From: Lama glama
Taxonomy: Eukaryota
Direction of reading: 5' to 3'
Length of the DNA: 64,000 nucleotides
Assembly (NCBI GenBank): GCA_028534125.1
Contig: CM052817.1
Coordinates: 75,022,001-75,086,000 of the forward strand
Shown here one piece after another: positions 38,166 through 50,163 of this stretch. The position numbers and the translations under genes are program-made. A model generated the notes under the pieces. That model did no database searches and was not told where the DNA came from. It was given only the letters and a program-made list of their open reading frames with translations. The number at the start of each line of letters is the position of its first letter. Within the stretch, counting starts at the first letter, position 1.

Positions 38166-38521
38166 AGTTTCTCTGAAAGGATCTGTCTAGACCACGCTCT
38201 TTTTATATAATTCTATAAGCTGGATAGCCTTTCAGGTGGCCGTCTAAAACCCTACACTCTTTAAAACATTTGATGGGATAGGAGTCATGCTTTCAACCTC
38301 TCTATGTGGCAAGTTATCAATAATTCAGTAACATTCAAATTTCAATCAGTTCCACAAATATCTGGTACACAAAAGCTTATTTAAATTAGAATTGGTCTAA
38401 AAGGCCATACAGCAAGAAGGATTTCAGTCAGGCTTTAGAAATACTAAGCAATATTGGGAATCATAGTTACTGAAATATGCTAATGGGAAAATAAAATAAG
38501 GGAAATTTATGAGATTTTTCC

Positions 38522-39455
38522 TTTCTTTTTTATTGAAATACAGTTGATTTATAATATTAGTTTCAGGCATACAACATAGTGATTCAATATTTGTATAGAT
38601 TATAGTTCATTTAAGTTATTATAAAATATTGGCTATATTCCCTGGGTTATACAATATGCATCCTTGTAGCCTATTTATTTTATGCATAGTCGGTTGTGCT
38701 TCTTAATCCCTTACCCCTATCTTGTCCATCTTCCCTTTCCTCCCCTCATTAGTTTTATCTCTATATCTAAGAGTCTATTTCATTTTGTTGCATTTGTTTG
38801 CTTTATTTTTTAAATTCCACACATATAAATGATTACATGCAGTATTTGTCTTTCTCTGTCTGACTTACTTCACTAAGCATAACACCCTCTAGGTCCAGCC
38901 ATATTACTGAAAATGTCAAAATCTTCAATCTTTTTTATGGCTGAGTAGTATTCTGTTGTATATCTTTACCACATCTTCTTTAGCCATTTATCTATTGATA
39001 GACACTTAGGTTGCTTCCATGTCCTGGCTATTGTAAATAATGCTGCTATAAACATTGGGGTGCATGTATCTATTTGAATTAGTGTTTTCATTTTCTTTGG
39101 ATATATACACAGTAGTGGAATTGCTGGGTCATATGGTGGTTCTATTTTTAGTTTTTTGAGGAACCTCCATATTGTTATATACGGCAATGGTATCAGTTTA
39201 CATTATCCTCCCAACAGTGTCCTAGGATTCCCTTTTCTGTACAACCTTGTCAACATTTTTTTTATTTGTAGATTTTTGATGATAGCCATTGTGACAGGTG
39301 TAAGGTGATATGTCATTCTGGTTTTGATTTGCATTTCTCTGATGATTAGCGATGTTGAGCTTCTTTTCATGTGCCTGTTGGCCATCTGTGTATCTTTTTT
39401 GGAAAAAAAAGTCTATTTATAACTTCTGCCCATTTTTAATCAGTTTGTTTTTTGT
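38522..39455 (-). mobile_element. 5'-truncated cetartiodactyl-type L1 (ORF2 C-terminus and 3' UTR)
   Basis: ORF-track peptides 'WRFLKKLKIEPPYDPAIPLLCIYPKKMKT...TPMFIAALFTIARTWKQPKC' and '[33 protein letters not shown]' are L1 ORF2p C-terminal motifs. Poly-T/ttattg terminus at 38522. Confidence 0.95.
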
Positions 39456-39569
39456 GAGGTTATACTTTCTGTATACTTTTATTTAAATTATACAATTTTT
39501 TTTTTGGTGGAGATAGGAATGAATCAGAGAATTTCTCAGATCCATGCTATTGATATCACAATCTAGATT

Positions 39570-39795
39570 ACTGGTTGTCAATTTTTTGTGAGACTCACAG
39601 ATACCCACAGAAACAAGAGTTTCATACAACAGTTCTTACTATAACTATGTGTAGAGTACATTTAATACTTTACTTTTTGTTCTATTCAATCTTTTTCTAT
39701 TTAATTCCTTTTCATAAACATTTGAAATGCTAACCTTAATCTGTTAATATAAATGCATATCATGAGTCATGACCTGCATTTTGAAAAGAAATGAA
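39570..39795. mobile_element. Ancient hAT-Charlie non-autonomous transposon fragment
   Basis: Degenerate termini 'tggttgtcaa...' and '...tgacctgcattttgaaaagaaatg'. Internal similarity, in opposite orientation, to 2690-2904. Confidence 0.45.
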
Positions 39796-40479
39796 TCTGG
39801 ATTCATATATATCTATAAACTACTGAATACAAAAAAATCAAGTCATTTCTATGATTTTATAATTGGAACTTTTTCTAATTTTTCCACTAAGCTGACTATT
39901 TTCATAAATCTTTTAAAAAAACACTGGTTTCATTTCACAAAGTGACCGTCGATACACAATGCCATTCTTCAGAGAATACAGGTCCAAAGAGGCAGAGCAA
40001 CTTAACATATGACCACAGAAACAAACAGAACTTTCAATTATATGATAACACTGCCTGTTAATGTAGACAACAATAAAGTAACTAACATATTAATTCCCTT
40101 TAGGATTTTAATTGTTTGCAATTATAAATTTCTAGACAAACACTTAGAAATCCCAAACTTCCAATTAAAAGGAGAAATGAGAAACCATAAAGCCATGAAG
40201 GAAGCACTCAGTATTTTTTCATGATTATTTGTGGGAAAATAGAAAGTGCATACTTAATTGCATCATAGACACCTTATGGCTAGACTGCTTTTAGAGTGCC
40301 ACTCATAAGCTCATTTTAGTTGTGCACTGTCTATAGTGACAATAGTTCCAACCTAATTCTAAAGTAAAAAAAATAAAACAACAAAGAAAATCCATGCTTT
40401 TCTTTTGTGAAATGTGCAGCTCCAATTTTAGGGGGAAAAAAATCAATGCTTCAGAATAAAGAAGAAAGAAGGAAAATGG

Positions 40480-41125
40480 AGTGGAATGCATTATTGGCCT
40501 TACATTGTTACTCCTGCCGGTATTAAAGCCCTTTGCTGCAGGACTTTGTAGTTCCTTCCAATAAGACGGCTACCATATTTTTTCATCCCTTTACTTTTGG
40601 ATTTGCTACATGATGTATTTTGGACAATAGAGTGAGAAGAAAGTGCCACTATGCTGGTTCCAAACTGAGGTCTGAGAGGCATAATGGGTTTCTACTCACT
40701 CTCTTGTAATTCCATTATCACTGTAAGAAGAACATGCCTGGGTATGTGGACTGAGGCCACCCAGTTAAGATGTCCTAGACAAGTCCAGTTTAGAACAGAG
40801 CCCCTAGCTGACCTGTAGATGCGTAAGTGAGGCTGGCAGAGCCCAACTAGATCAGCTGACCCTTGCTGATCTGCTGATTTACAAGCAACACAGGAGCAGA
40901 GAGGAAAAGGCAGACTTTATTAATGCAATGGACATGGAAATAAATAAAGCTTTAAGTTACTTATTAATATTACCCTCATTATGGAAACAATCGCAGACTA
41001 GCTAATATACAAATTCACTTTAGCACTACAAGTTGTGAAGTTTCAGACTATTTTAAGAAGTCAAATAAATGCGTAAGTTGCTGAATTTTTGGTAGTTTGT
41101 TACATGGAATTATTTAACTGACACA
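40480..41125 (+). mobile_element. Old MLT1 (G/H-like) MaLR LTR(s)
   Basis: 'gttccaaactgaggtctgagaggcat', 'gaagaacatgcctggg', 'cagagcccaactagatcagctgaccc'. MLT1 3' termini near 41010 and 41125. Confidence 0.7.
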
Positions 41126-42334
41126 TAAAATTGCTTTCCTGTGTCTAAAACCATTTTAAAAATATTTTCTTCCTCTTGATATATAATGTGAATTAAAACA
41201 AGAAAAATAACAATCACATTTTTTCTTATCAGAATTTATTATATGATTTAAAATTTTTTTTCAATAGTAAGATTTTTTAAAGCACATTTTAAAAATATGA
41301 CTAAATTTCAAGATTTTTCTTCACTCTGTTAAGTTCTGCCATATTCTTGGAGCAAACACATTTCATATTTCTTAACAAATTTATTATTTTATTGCAAAGG
41401 TAAAGATGGAGTTCAAAGTAGAAATTTCACTCATAGAGTCAATAGGCTTTTTTTCCCCAGTGAAGATATAGAGTAAGCCACATTAAAAATAAACGTTAAA
41501 AAAAAAGGATTTTGTTTCGGTACTAATTGATCCTAAATGTATGAAGGAAGACATTTTTTTGACTGATATCATTTGTGAAAGGATTAGAGAACCATCAATT
41601 TTACTGGGAAGCAACAATTGTGGAGGAAGCAGACTAAACTATAGTAAAATGCACTCATAACAAGACTCTCAACATGAGTTTTCAAACTGGGGTAATTTCG
41701 TCTGCTTGAAGTGAAGGAAAATTCATATTTCATTGATTCATAGTTACAAAGATCATTATTCTTTGCCCAGTCAACAATATAAAGCAAAGAAACAAAGAAG
41801 TAGTAACCACATAATTTGATTTCTAACTTGAACAAGGCAGTTGTTCATTTGCCCTTTTCTCTTTTTGTTAAAATTAACTAAAGATATATTAATATTTCTA
41901 TATAAGAAATATGTTGATAAATGGTTAGTATGCATCAAATCCCTCATCTTTTGGATTCTAAGAAATGGAAATAATAATAACTCCCAAATAATAATATAAA
42001 GTAGTTGCAATGACCTCAGCAGTAATAGTGCCATCACTAGTTTGACCAAGCAGGGCAGTGACTGTAACAGCACCACTATTTCTCGAACCCTCATAGGAGC
42101 TGGGCAATGTGCCAAATGGTTCCAGCTTGCTCCATGAAAAAACAGTCAAATTTTAAAATAAGATTCAGGCCAAGTTGGGATAGGTCTTGGGTGAACCATT
42201 TTAGAGTGCACAGATTCTGTAAATGTAGCTGTTTACGGCCCAAAATGAGTTGAGAAATGAGAATAACAGTAAAAGAAAAAAAAAAAAAAGAGGAGAAGCG
42301 AATAAGAACAGAGTAGAAATGAAGTGGTAGCCTC

Positions 42335-42555
42335 ATAATAATACTTACAGCAAACACTGAGTGAGCCTGGTATCTCCTAAGCAATTTGCTTTATTAACTC
42401 ACTGAATCCCATAAAAAAGTCTAGCTCATAAAATACAAATGAAGATATTGGTGCACAGAGGGGCTAAGTGTGTCTAGGTTGCCCAAGGTAGTAGGATTGG
42501 CATATGAACTTGATTTGTCCAGCTCCTGAGTTCACAATTTTAACCTTAATGACCT
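42335..42555 (-). mobile_element. MIR SINE
   Basis: 'attaactcactgaatcccata...tacaaatgaagatattggtgcacagaggggctaagtg...gcccaagg...cacaattttaacc'. Confidence 0.65.
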
Positions 42556-45366
42556 AGAAATAGGAAGAGAAGCACTAAGATGATAAAACTATTTGGCTCT
42601 TTCAGTCCATAGTTTTCACAGTACTAGTAAATCTTCCAATGACTTATATTTCAAAATGTCTGAATTAGGAAACAGAGAACAATATCACAGTGGAAAACAA
42701 AGTGAAACATTAAATTGTTCCTAAGATAAGTTTAGAAGCAATTTATTATAAAAAGGAAATCCTGGCAGACAACAGTCAATAAATTGAATACATGAATAGC
42801 AATTATAAGTAATGTTGGCTTAAGACTTAAGAATGTATCTAATCATAAGAGAGAATAAAAAGTAAAGTAGCATATACAGCCTGGTTTGACATGGACAGTG
42901 AGGTATCGTGTCTACCTGGCTTAGCATTTTCCTGGCTTTTTTTTTCATTTTCTTTAAATACAGGATAAGTATTAATAGTCACAGAAACCTACATGAGGTT
43001 GCTGGACTCAGACTTTCTATTCCCAGCTTCTGCCATGTCTTCTTCTTATATCACGTGAGACACATGTGCAATGCACAGAATTCTTATCTTACTATGTGGT
43101 TAAGAATGAAAAGCTAGTCAGTAATAACACATCTCTTTTCTTCTTCCCTTAGGCCACTTGATTCTCAACTTAACTTCAACTCTCTTTTGAGCTCAGCATT
43201 TAGAATATTTGTTGATAAAATGAAGGTGATGCTTGGATAATTGCCAAGTTAACCAAGAACATAATTCACGCTGCTGGGGTGCCATGCAGGTCCTGAAGCC
43301 TGTCAAACGCATGAAGCCACCAGAATGCCAATCGGTGAGATCAGTGGGCAGTAAAAATTATATCTTTGTGAATGTGAAATATGAGTGGGTAATAAATAAT
43401 GAGCAGCCCTATCACAGTTTAAAGAGATTATAGAGTATAGTTCAAATATTCTCACTACAGTGCTTTTGCAATATATTGTATGACATAATTTGCAACTATT
43501 TATATTACTACTTGAAATGCTTTATTTTGCAATGGTGCTCTTCTACAGCAATGAGATTTAAATCTATATAAAAATTTAAAAAGTATTTAAATTTTTTCAA
43601 AAAATGTTGATAAAACATCAACATTTATCATCTGCTAAGACAATTGTGACATAATTTCCTATTAAGATAAACTCTGCAAATCTGCTAAATAAGCTCTAGG
43701 ATCTATTTAAAACATTATAGGTAGTTTTATTAGAATGTGTTTTGGAGTGATGATTTGTCATACAGAGCTCCAGAACAGCGTTTATGTACCATTTTGTGAA
43801 ATACGAGTTTTCATTTAGGTCAGATGACTTCTCCTAAATTAACTGCTGTCATTTTTCAATGATAATTTTTCTTCTGTATTGAATGAGATCTGTTAGTACT
43901 GGTCCTTTAGAAGAAAAATAATACCATAAAAAGTTAAATAATGTCATTTGAAGATAGCATACTAAGAGATTTAAAGCATGCACTGGAAAAAGTTAAATTC
44001 AATAATGGTCCAAATTATTTTCCTCCAATTCTTGGAATCAAAGTAAAGCTACTAAAAGTTAATGTGACATTAGATATTATTACAAGTGTCATTGTAAGCC
44101 CAACTGAAATGCAACACTGATGGTAAAAGTAATTTGTTTTACAATTAAAATTGCAGAATTTGGTAGAGCAAAGAATCACGATAGAAACAATATTTTTGCT
44201 AAAATAAGAAAAAACAAGAATGGACTTGAAATGTACTTAAAGTCAGTTGTGGTACAGGCATAATTTGTGATTGATTCTGAACTGAATTGTTTTCCAAATG
44301 TAAAGAGAAGGTGTACTTGTTATAACTTCCAAATATTTGGGTGTGTGTTTTATATGCATATGAAGCTAGAGTAACTGAACTATGGTATTTTTGTCAGGGA
44401 GATGATGGCTGATATACATACATTTATATATTTTGCACAGCAGTATGTGCCTTCTTGCATTTGCTGCATGTCATCAGTCAGACTTTGGAGATGTTTAGCC
44501 TTTTGAAGAACTATTTTGTTAATCAACCTAAATGCCCTACAATGATATTTAATTTTTAAATGCATTAGTCCTCTGTATTTTTTTTGAATCCTTTTCTAAT
44601 GCATTTAGAAAATATGAATAAGGTATTTCAAAAATGGAGCACCAAAATTTCCTCATTTTTCAAGGTTTACTGACTTACAAACTACAAAATTTGCAAACAG
44701 AAAAACACTGAAATCAAGTTCTATAAAGGCAAGATTTGTATCAAATAAACCAAATTATGTGAGCTCATGGGGTGTATAAAATTGAATTTTTGAATTATAT
44801 AATACATACTTTGCATTATCATGACATGTAGGAAGAACTCTATGGCTTTTCTATGTTATTGCATATATTGATAATATATATTGAAATGGGATAAAATTAA
44901 AGTCTACCATTCTGAAGCTAAATTTGATGAACTAATCAAAATAATCACAACTAGAGAGATCTTGTCTTGAAAAAAGTGTTGAAAAAAGGTACCCTAAAAG
45001 AGATCAAAAGACTATACCTCTGAAATATTATATACTTCCATTCAAAACATGAACAAGAGAAGAGCCTCCATTTAGGAGGTATCTTGACATCCCAAAGAGA
45101 ACACTTCGTCAGTTAAACATAATGTGATCTGCAGAGAAGAGTTAATTAAAAGTGTGGATGATTAGAATTTATTAATGATAAAAATCAACTTTGAAGATTA
45201 CAGGCACCATTATAAAAGAAATTAAAATAAAATACTATAGTAAAATTATATACTTTAGAAAAAGTATTTATAATACTTATCAGAATTAGGCTAAGACACT
45301 GATTGCAATATGTATTAGTAATTATTATTTGACTTCTCAATTATTGTAAAGAAAAAGTTTACCTTA

Positions 45367-46290
45367 GAGAGGTTTCAAAATGGCAGCATAGGAAGATCCT
45401 GAATTCACCTTCTCCCACCAACACAACGAATCTACAACTATATATGGACTGATTCCCTCAGAAAGGGACCTGAAAATAGTCTCATCGTGGGAAAAAACCA
45501 CACCCTAGTAGCAGCAATCCATAACTGGAAAGGCTTACAAAGGTACAGATCTCTTCCCAGAGGAGAGAGGGATTTGAGCTCCACATAAGGGGCACCGACC
45601 CCTACATCCTGCCCAGCAGAGACAACTACCTCATTGCCTGGCTTTGAGAACCAGTGGGGAACACACCCAGGAAAATCACAGAACTGCAGGGAACGCAAAG
45701 CCCACTCTAAAGCGGCCCCCACACAGGTTCACTTGATCATGAAAACCAGCACCAAAGCACCAGACTGAAAAACACATGGGTCATAGGTGGAGGAGACCCA
45801 CTTACTACTCTTGAGGCACCTGTCAGTGAAGCAGGAGCCAGCTGGGACACTCCCTGGGGACTGAGACTCCGGCGGAAGCCATTCTGAAGTTCTCCGTCTA
45901 ACCTGTTGGCATCAGTAGGTATGACCTGCAGAGGGTCCTGCTCACCCTGTGCCTCAGCCAGGTCTCACAGCGGGCCGAGCTGTAGCCCTGCCCACCAGTG
46001 CACTGCCACAGCAGACCACACCGGGGAGACCACTGAGTGCCCGGCTCTGGGGGCCAGGAGGGATTGCACCTCGGAGCCGCACAGGATAGCTCCCAGAAAA
46101 GGGTGCTCTTTCAAGACTGGGAGAGAGAACTGATTTGCCTAATGCATAGAAAGAAACACAGAAAATCAGGTAAAACAAAGAAACAGTGGGATATGTTTCA
46201 ATCAGAAGGAACAGACAAAACTTCAGAAAAAGAACTAAATGAAACAGGTAAGCAGTTTATCTGATAAAAATCACAAAAATGTTCAAACTT
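45367..46290 (+). mobile_element. L1 5' UTR plus ORF1 N-terminus only (3'-truncated)
   Basis: Begins 'gagaggtttcaaaatggcagc' (YY1-type start). GC-rich UTR. Ends in a decayed ORF1p start, 'KKQWDMFQSEGTDKTSEKELNE'. Confidence 0.8.
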
Positions 46291-48179
46291 CAACCTCTCT
46301 TCTGAGACAAGATTGACTGTCAAAGTAGTGCTCTCCCTTAACTTTCTCTGCTAAAACTTCTAATGAGGTATAAAAGTCTTCCCACGATTGTTGATGGGAA
46401 CTCGTTATATGTAGCTTTTATTAATTGTCTATATCTAACATTATCTAATTACCTTTCAATTAATTTATTTAAGAGAAAAGTATTCTTTAACTCATAAAAT
46501 AGCATTTTGAAAGAATTCCAAAATATGTCAAAGTGGCATCAATGCTTAAAAACCAGATGCACTGAATTTGACTTTCAAAGGTTCAAGCTGGTTATGAAAT
46601 GTTTCTTTCTTAGGAAAAGCAAGATGGAACTCAGTATTTTGATAGAAGGAAGCCAGGTGCATTGTCACTGAAATGATACGCACTCGCTGATTTGTAAAAT
46701 AGCTGTTATTTTGGAGAAAAGGTATGAAATGAGACAACTATAATGAAAACTTCTGTCTTTATCATTTTTTCCGTTTTATTTATTTTAAAATTTTATATCT
46801 TTAAAAGATCATTATGAAAATTTGGTTTTAAAGGAACTAAGGACGGGTGATTTTATCTGTATTTGAGGTTGATCTTTAAAGAGGAGCAGCGTAACTTTTG
46901 AACTGGATAAAGAGAGATTCAATGTGAATGAACACCAACAAGAAAAGTTGCCAGGTCCTACTGGTTCACTCATTCCTGTTAAATATCTAGTAAAGTCTTG
47001 ATGGATTTGTGTTTTATAGAAGCAAAAGCAAAAACAAAAACAAAACATCCAATAAATTTCCTTCCCATTCAATGTTGAGATCACAATAATGATTGCCCCA
47101 AATTCTGTTCTGCAATTATTTATTTAGTAAGAGAACTGATAGGATTAAACTGAATGTTTTAACATGAGGCTTTTTCCTAAATATTATTGTTTAAGGGGTA
47201 CAATACATGAGAGAAAGAGATTTCTAGTAAATAATTTGTATGCCCATAAATATTCAGAAGATCAATGTTAAAATTTATATTACAAAGGAGATCTGTTATT
47301 GGGATTAACAAAAAAGAGAATCAATCAGTGGAAACTTCATGTTAGTTATTTTTATAACGAAGGATAAAAAAATCATAAAGCAATGACAGAAATAGTGTCT
47401 TGTGTTAAATAGGATGGTTTAAGGGAATAGTGATTATTAAAGGTCTGACTACATATCTACATCTTATCTGTACAAAATATGGTCCTGTTTTTTTAAATGT
47501 TTGTTTGTTATAAGAAGCAGATGGGCTTTCCTGTGAAAGAAAAACAACAGATATGCTAGAAAAATTGTATTTGAAATTATAACAAAACTTTTCTAGAAAG
47601 AGAAGAATCAGATAGTAGATGGTTGCATTCATGTAACAGCAGATCAAATAGAATGAATTTGATGAAGTCTAACCTTAGCACAACCATAATAACATACATA
47701 ATGTATATATTATGAATATGTATGTTTCTAATGATAACACCCAAAATATACAGCTTCAAAAAAGCTAATGCCTTTCTGGAATCTTAATAAAAACTTTTAA
47801 AGTCATGGACATGACATGTTTACTTAATTGTCATACTTCTTACCAATAAATATTTTTAGGACAATGACTAATTCAATGCTTTCCCTCCTGTATCATGTAA
47901 CATAGTTGGTACATATATATAAACATTTGTTGAATTAAATGGTGAGCACTTTAAGAAGAGTGAAACTTCACATCACCACCAAGAGTTCCATGGAGTTAAC
48001 AAGTTATTCAAAGCAATTTATCAGTACAATTTTTCCTTATTCTTTTAATTTAATAATACAAGATTATATGTTTATATATTTAAAGGGGCAAATATGGTAG
48101 TGAATTTATTCCCAATTCTCATAAAAATGGTCCAGGTCTTGTTTTATACTTTTAATAAACTTTCATATTTGTCTAACAT

Positions 48180-48390
48180 TCTTTCATTCAACAAACACTT
48201 AAACATTGCTATGCAAGAACTACCATTGGGGGTATAAGATGAGTAAGAGAGGATGGCCATTATTAAGAAATTCAGAACAGAGATGGAAATACTCACAGGA
48301 ATAATAAAGCCTCTATACCATATGTTAGCGATAATGATGGAGGTATAAGCTGGGCTTTCTGGGTCACCAAAAATGGACATCTAGTAATAG
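48180..48390 (-). mobile_element. L2 3' fragment
   Basis: 'ttcattcaacaaacacttaaacattgctatgcaag' is the reverse L2 tail. Confidence 0.55.
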
Positions 48391-48429
48391 CAACTAACAT
48401 ATATGTAACACTAATGGTATCCCATACAC

Positions 48430-48812
48430 TCTCCTAAATTCTTTGCATTGATGCTCTAACTTATGGCACACAGTCACTGCATCAGGGGGCAACACATGTG
48501 CATGAGTGAGAATGCAGGACTCTTTCTTGTAATGCCAGGAGAGAACATCATCTCTTTCTTTGGAAGTCTTGGTGTACAGAGAAATGGTAGTTGCTATTGT
48601 CACTGTAAGACAAACATCTGAGAAGAAACATTGCAGGAGGAGGGCAGAGCTAAGGGAAATTCACATGGAATCCAAAGACCTGAAGCCACGGAATTAAGCT
48701 AACTGTGAATGCTGCACTACTTCTAGACTTTGAATTACATGAAACAATAAATTTCCTTTCTGTTTTAGTGAGATTGAGTGGAGTGTACTGAGACTTGTTA
48801 ATTGCAACTGAG
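48430..48812 (+). mobile_element. Old MLT1 (J/K-like) LTR
   Basis: 'ctacttctagactttgaattacatgaaacaataaatttcctt...ttgcaactga' is an MLT1J/K-type 3' end. Confidence 0.6.
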
Positions 48813-49229
48813 GGACAATTGGTTTAAATGCTATAATCTTTCCATACTTTTTTCAAAGCCCTCCCAGTCTTTACACATTTCTTCTTTCCCTAATGAATCC
48901 CAACCCACCCACTAAGGTTGAACTTAACTGTAATAAACTTCAGTAAGCCTTTCATGATCTTTCCAGTGAGAAGCAATTAATTACTCCTTTGACTTCTACT
49001 TTAGTCAGTGGCATTGATTTAACTATGTCCTGTATTTTAGTCGGCTATTTTTCATGAGAACTTTCTCGCTGGTTTTGTGATTAGAAAGATGAAGTTCAAA
49101 TGTCAACTCCTCCAATTACTAGCTGGAAGTTCATTAAACATCTTTGACTTAGAGCCTCTTCATATCTATAAAATACTGATAGTCTAAGACAAAATAATAG
49201 GACTAAATAGCATGAAATTAGAGAACCTA

Positions 49230-49691
49230 TGTGGTAAAGGTTGTATTGTGTCCCCTCTGAAGAAGGTATGTGGAAGTCCTAACCCCCAGGACCTCAGAAT
49301 GTGATATTATTTGGAAATAGAGTTGCTGCAGATACAATTAGTTATGATGAGGTTACAGAGTAGTATGGGTCCCTAATGTAATATGACTGGCATATTTATA
49401 AAAACATAGCCATGTGAAGAAAGCGAGACACAAAGGAGCGCATCCTGTGAGGAATACAGAGATCGGAGCTGTGAAGCTGAAAGGCAAGGAATGCCAGAGA
49501 TTGCTGGCAAACCCCCAGAAGCCAGGAGAAGTCAAGGGAGGATTCTTCTACGGGTTTCAGAGGGAGCAGAGCCCTGCTGACACCTTGATTTTGGACTTCT
49601 TGCCTCCAGAACTGTGAGACAATAAGTCTCTGTTGTCTTAAGCCACCTAGTTTGTGGTACTTTGTTAAAGTAACCCTAGGAAACTCATACA
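49230..49691 (+). mobile_element. MLT1C-like MaLR solo LTR, next to a MIR fragment at ~49080-49225
   Basis: Near full length, TG...CA. 'gaagtcctaacccccaggacctcagaatgtgatattatttggaaatag' and 'gacaccttgattttggacttcttgcctccagaactgtgagacaataa'. Confidence 0.9.
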
Positions 49692-49847
49692 ACATGCAAT
49701 GTACTACTTGTAGGATCTAAAACTTACTAGGTATGCAAGAAATACCAGATAGATATTAAAAGATTTTATTCCTCTCTGTATGGTTCACTTGAAAGACATT
49801 ATACATGTATCAATAGTGTACACTTTAAGACCAACCAAACAATGATA

Positions 49848-49848
<1 letters not shown>

Positions 49849-49878
<30 letters not shown>
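49849..49878. repeat. (TG)15 microsatellite
   Basis: Seen directly. Confidence 0.95.
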
Positions 49879-49882
<4 letters not shown>

Positions 49883-50123
49883 AAATCACTGCAGCTGTAA
49901 TTCCATATCAAATCTTAATAGTAAGAACTGGACATTTATTTTTCGCATCATGTGTGGAGCTTGGCAGAGGAGGACACCCAATTTCACCACAGCCTCCAAA
50001 GGAAGAAGTAGCTTCTAATAGCTGGCAGGCTTACCCTGCTCCCCACAGAGTATGTGTACGAAAAGGACACACACACACCCCCCTATATATATATAAATGC
50101 AGGGCAATATAATACAGGAGATA

Positions 50124-50163
50124 TGTGTGTGTGTGTGTGTGTGTGCGTGCACACCTGTGTGTG
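50124..50163. repeat. Interrupted (TG)n microsatellite
   Basis: Seen directly. Confidence 0.9.

Noticed and set aside
38966..39385. ORFs with real protein similarity
   Set aside because: Frameshifted fragments of L1 ORF2p in a truncated copy, not a host gene.
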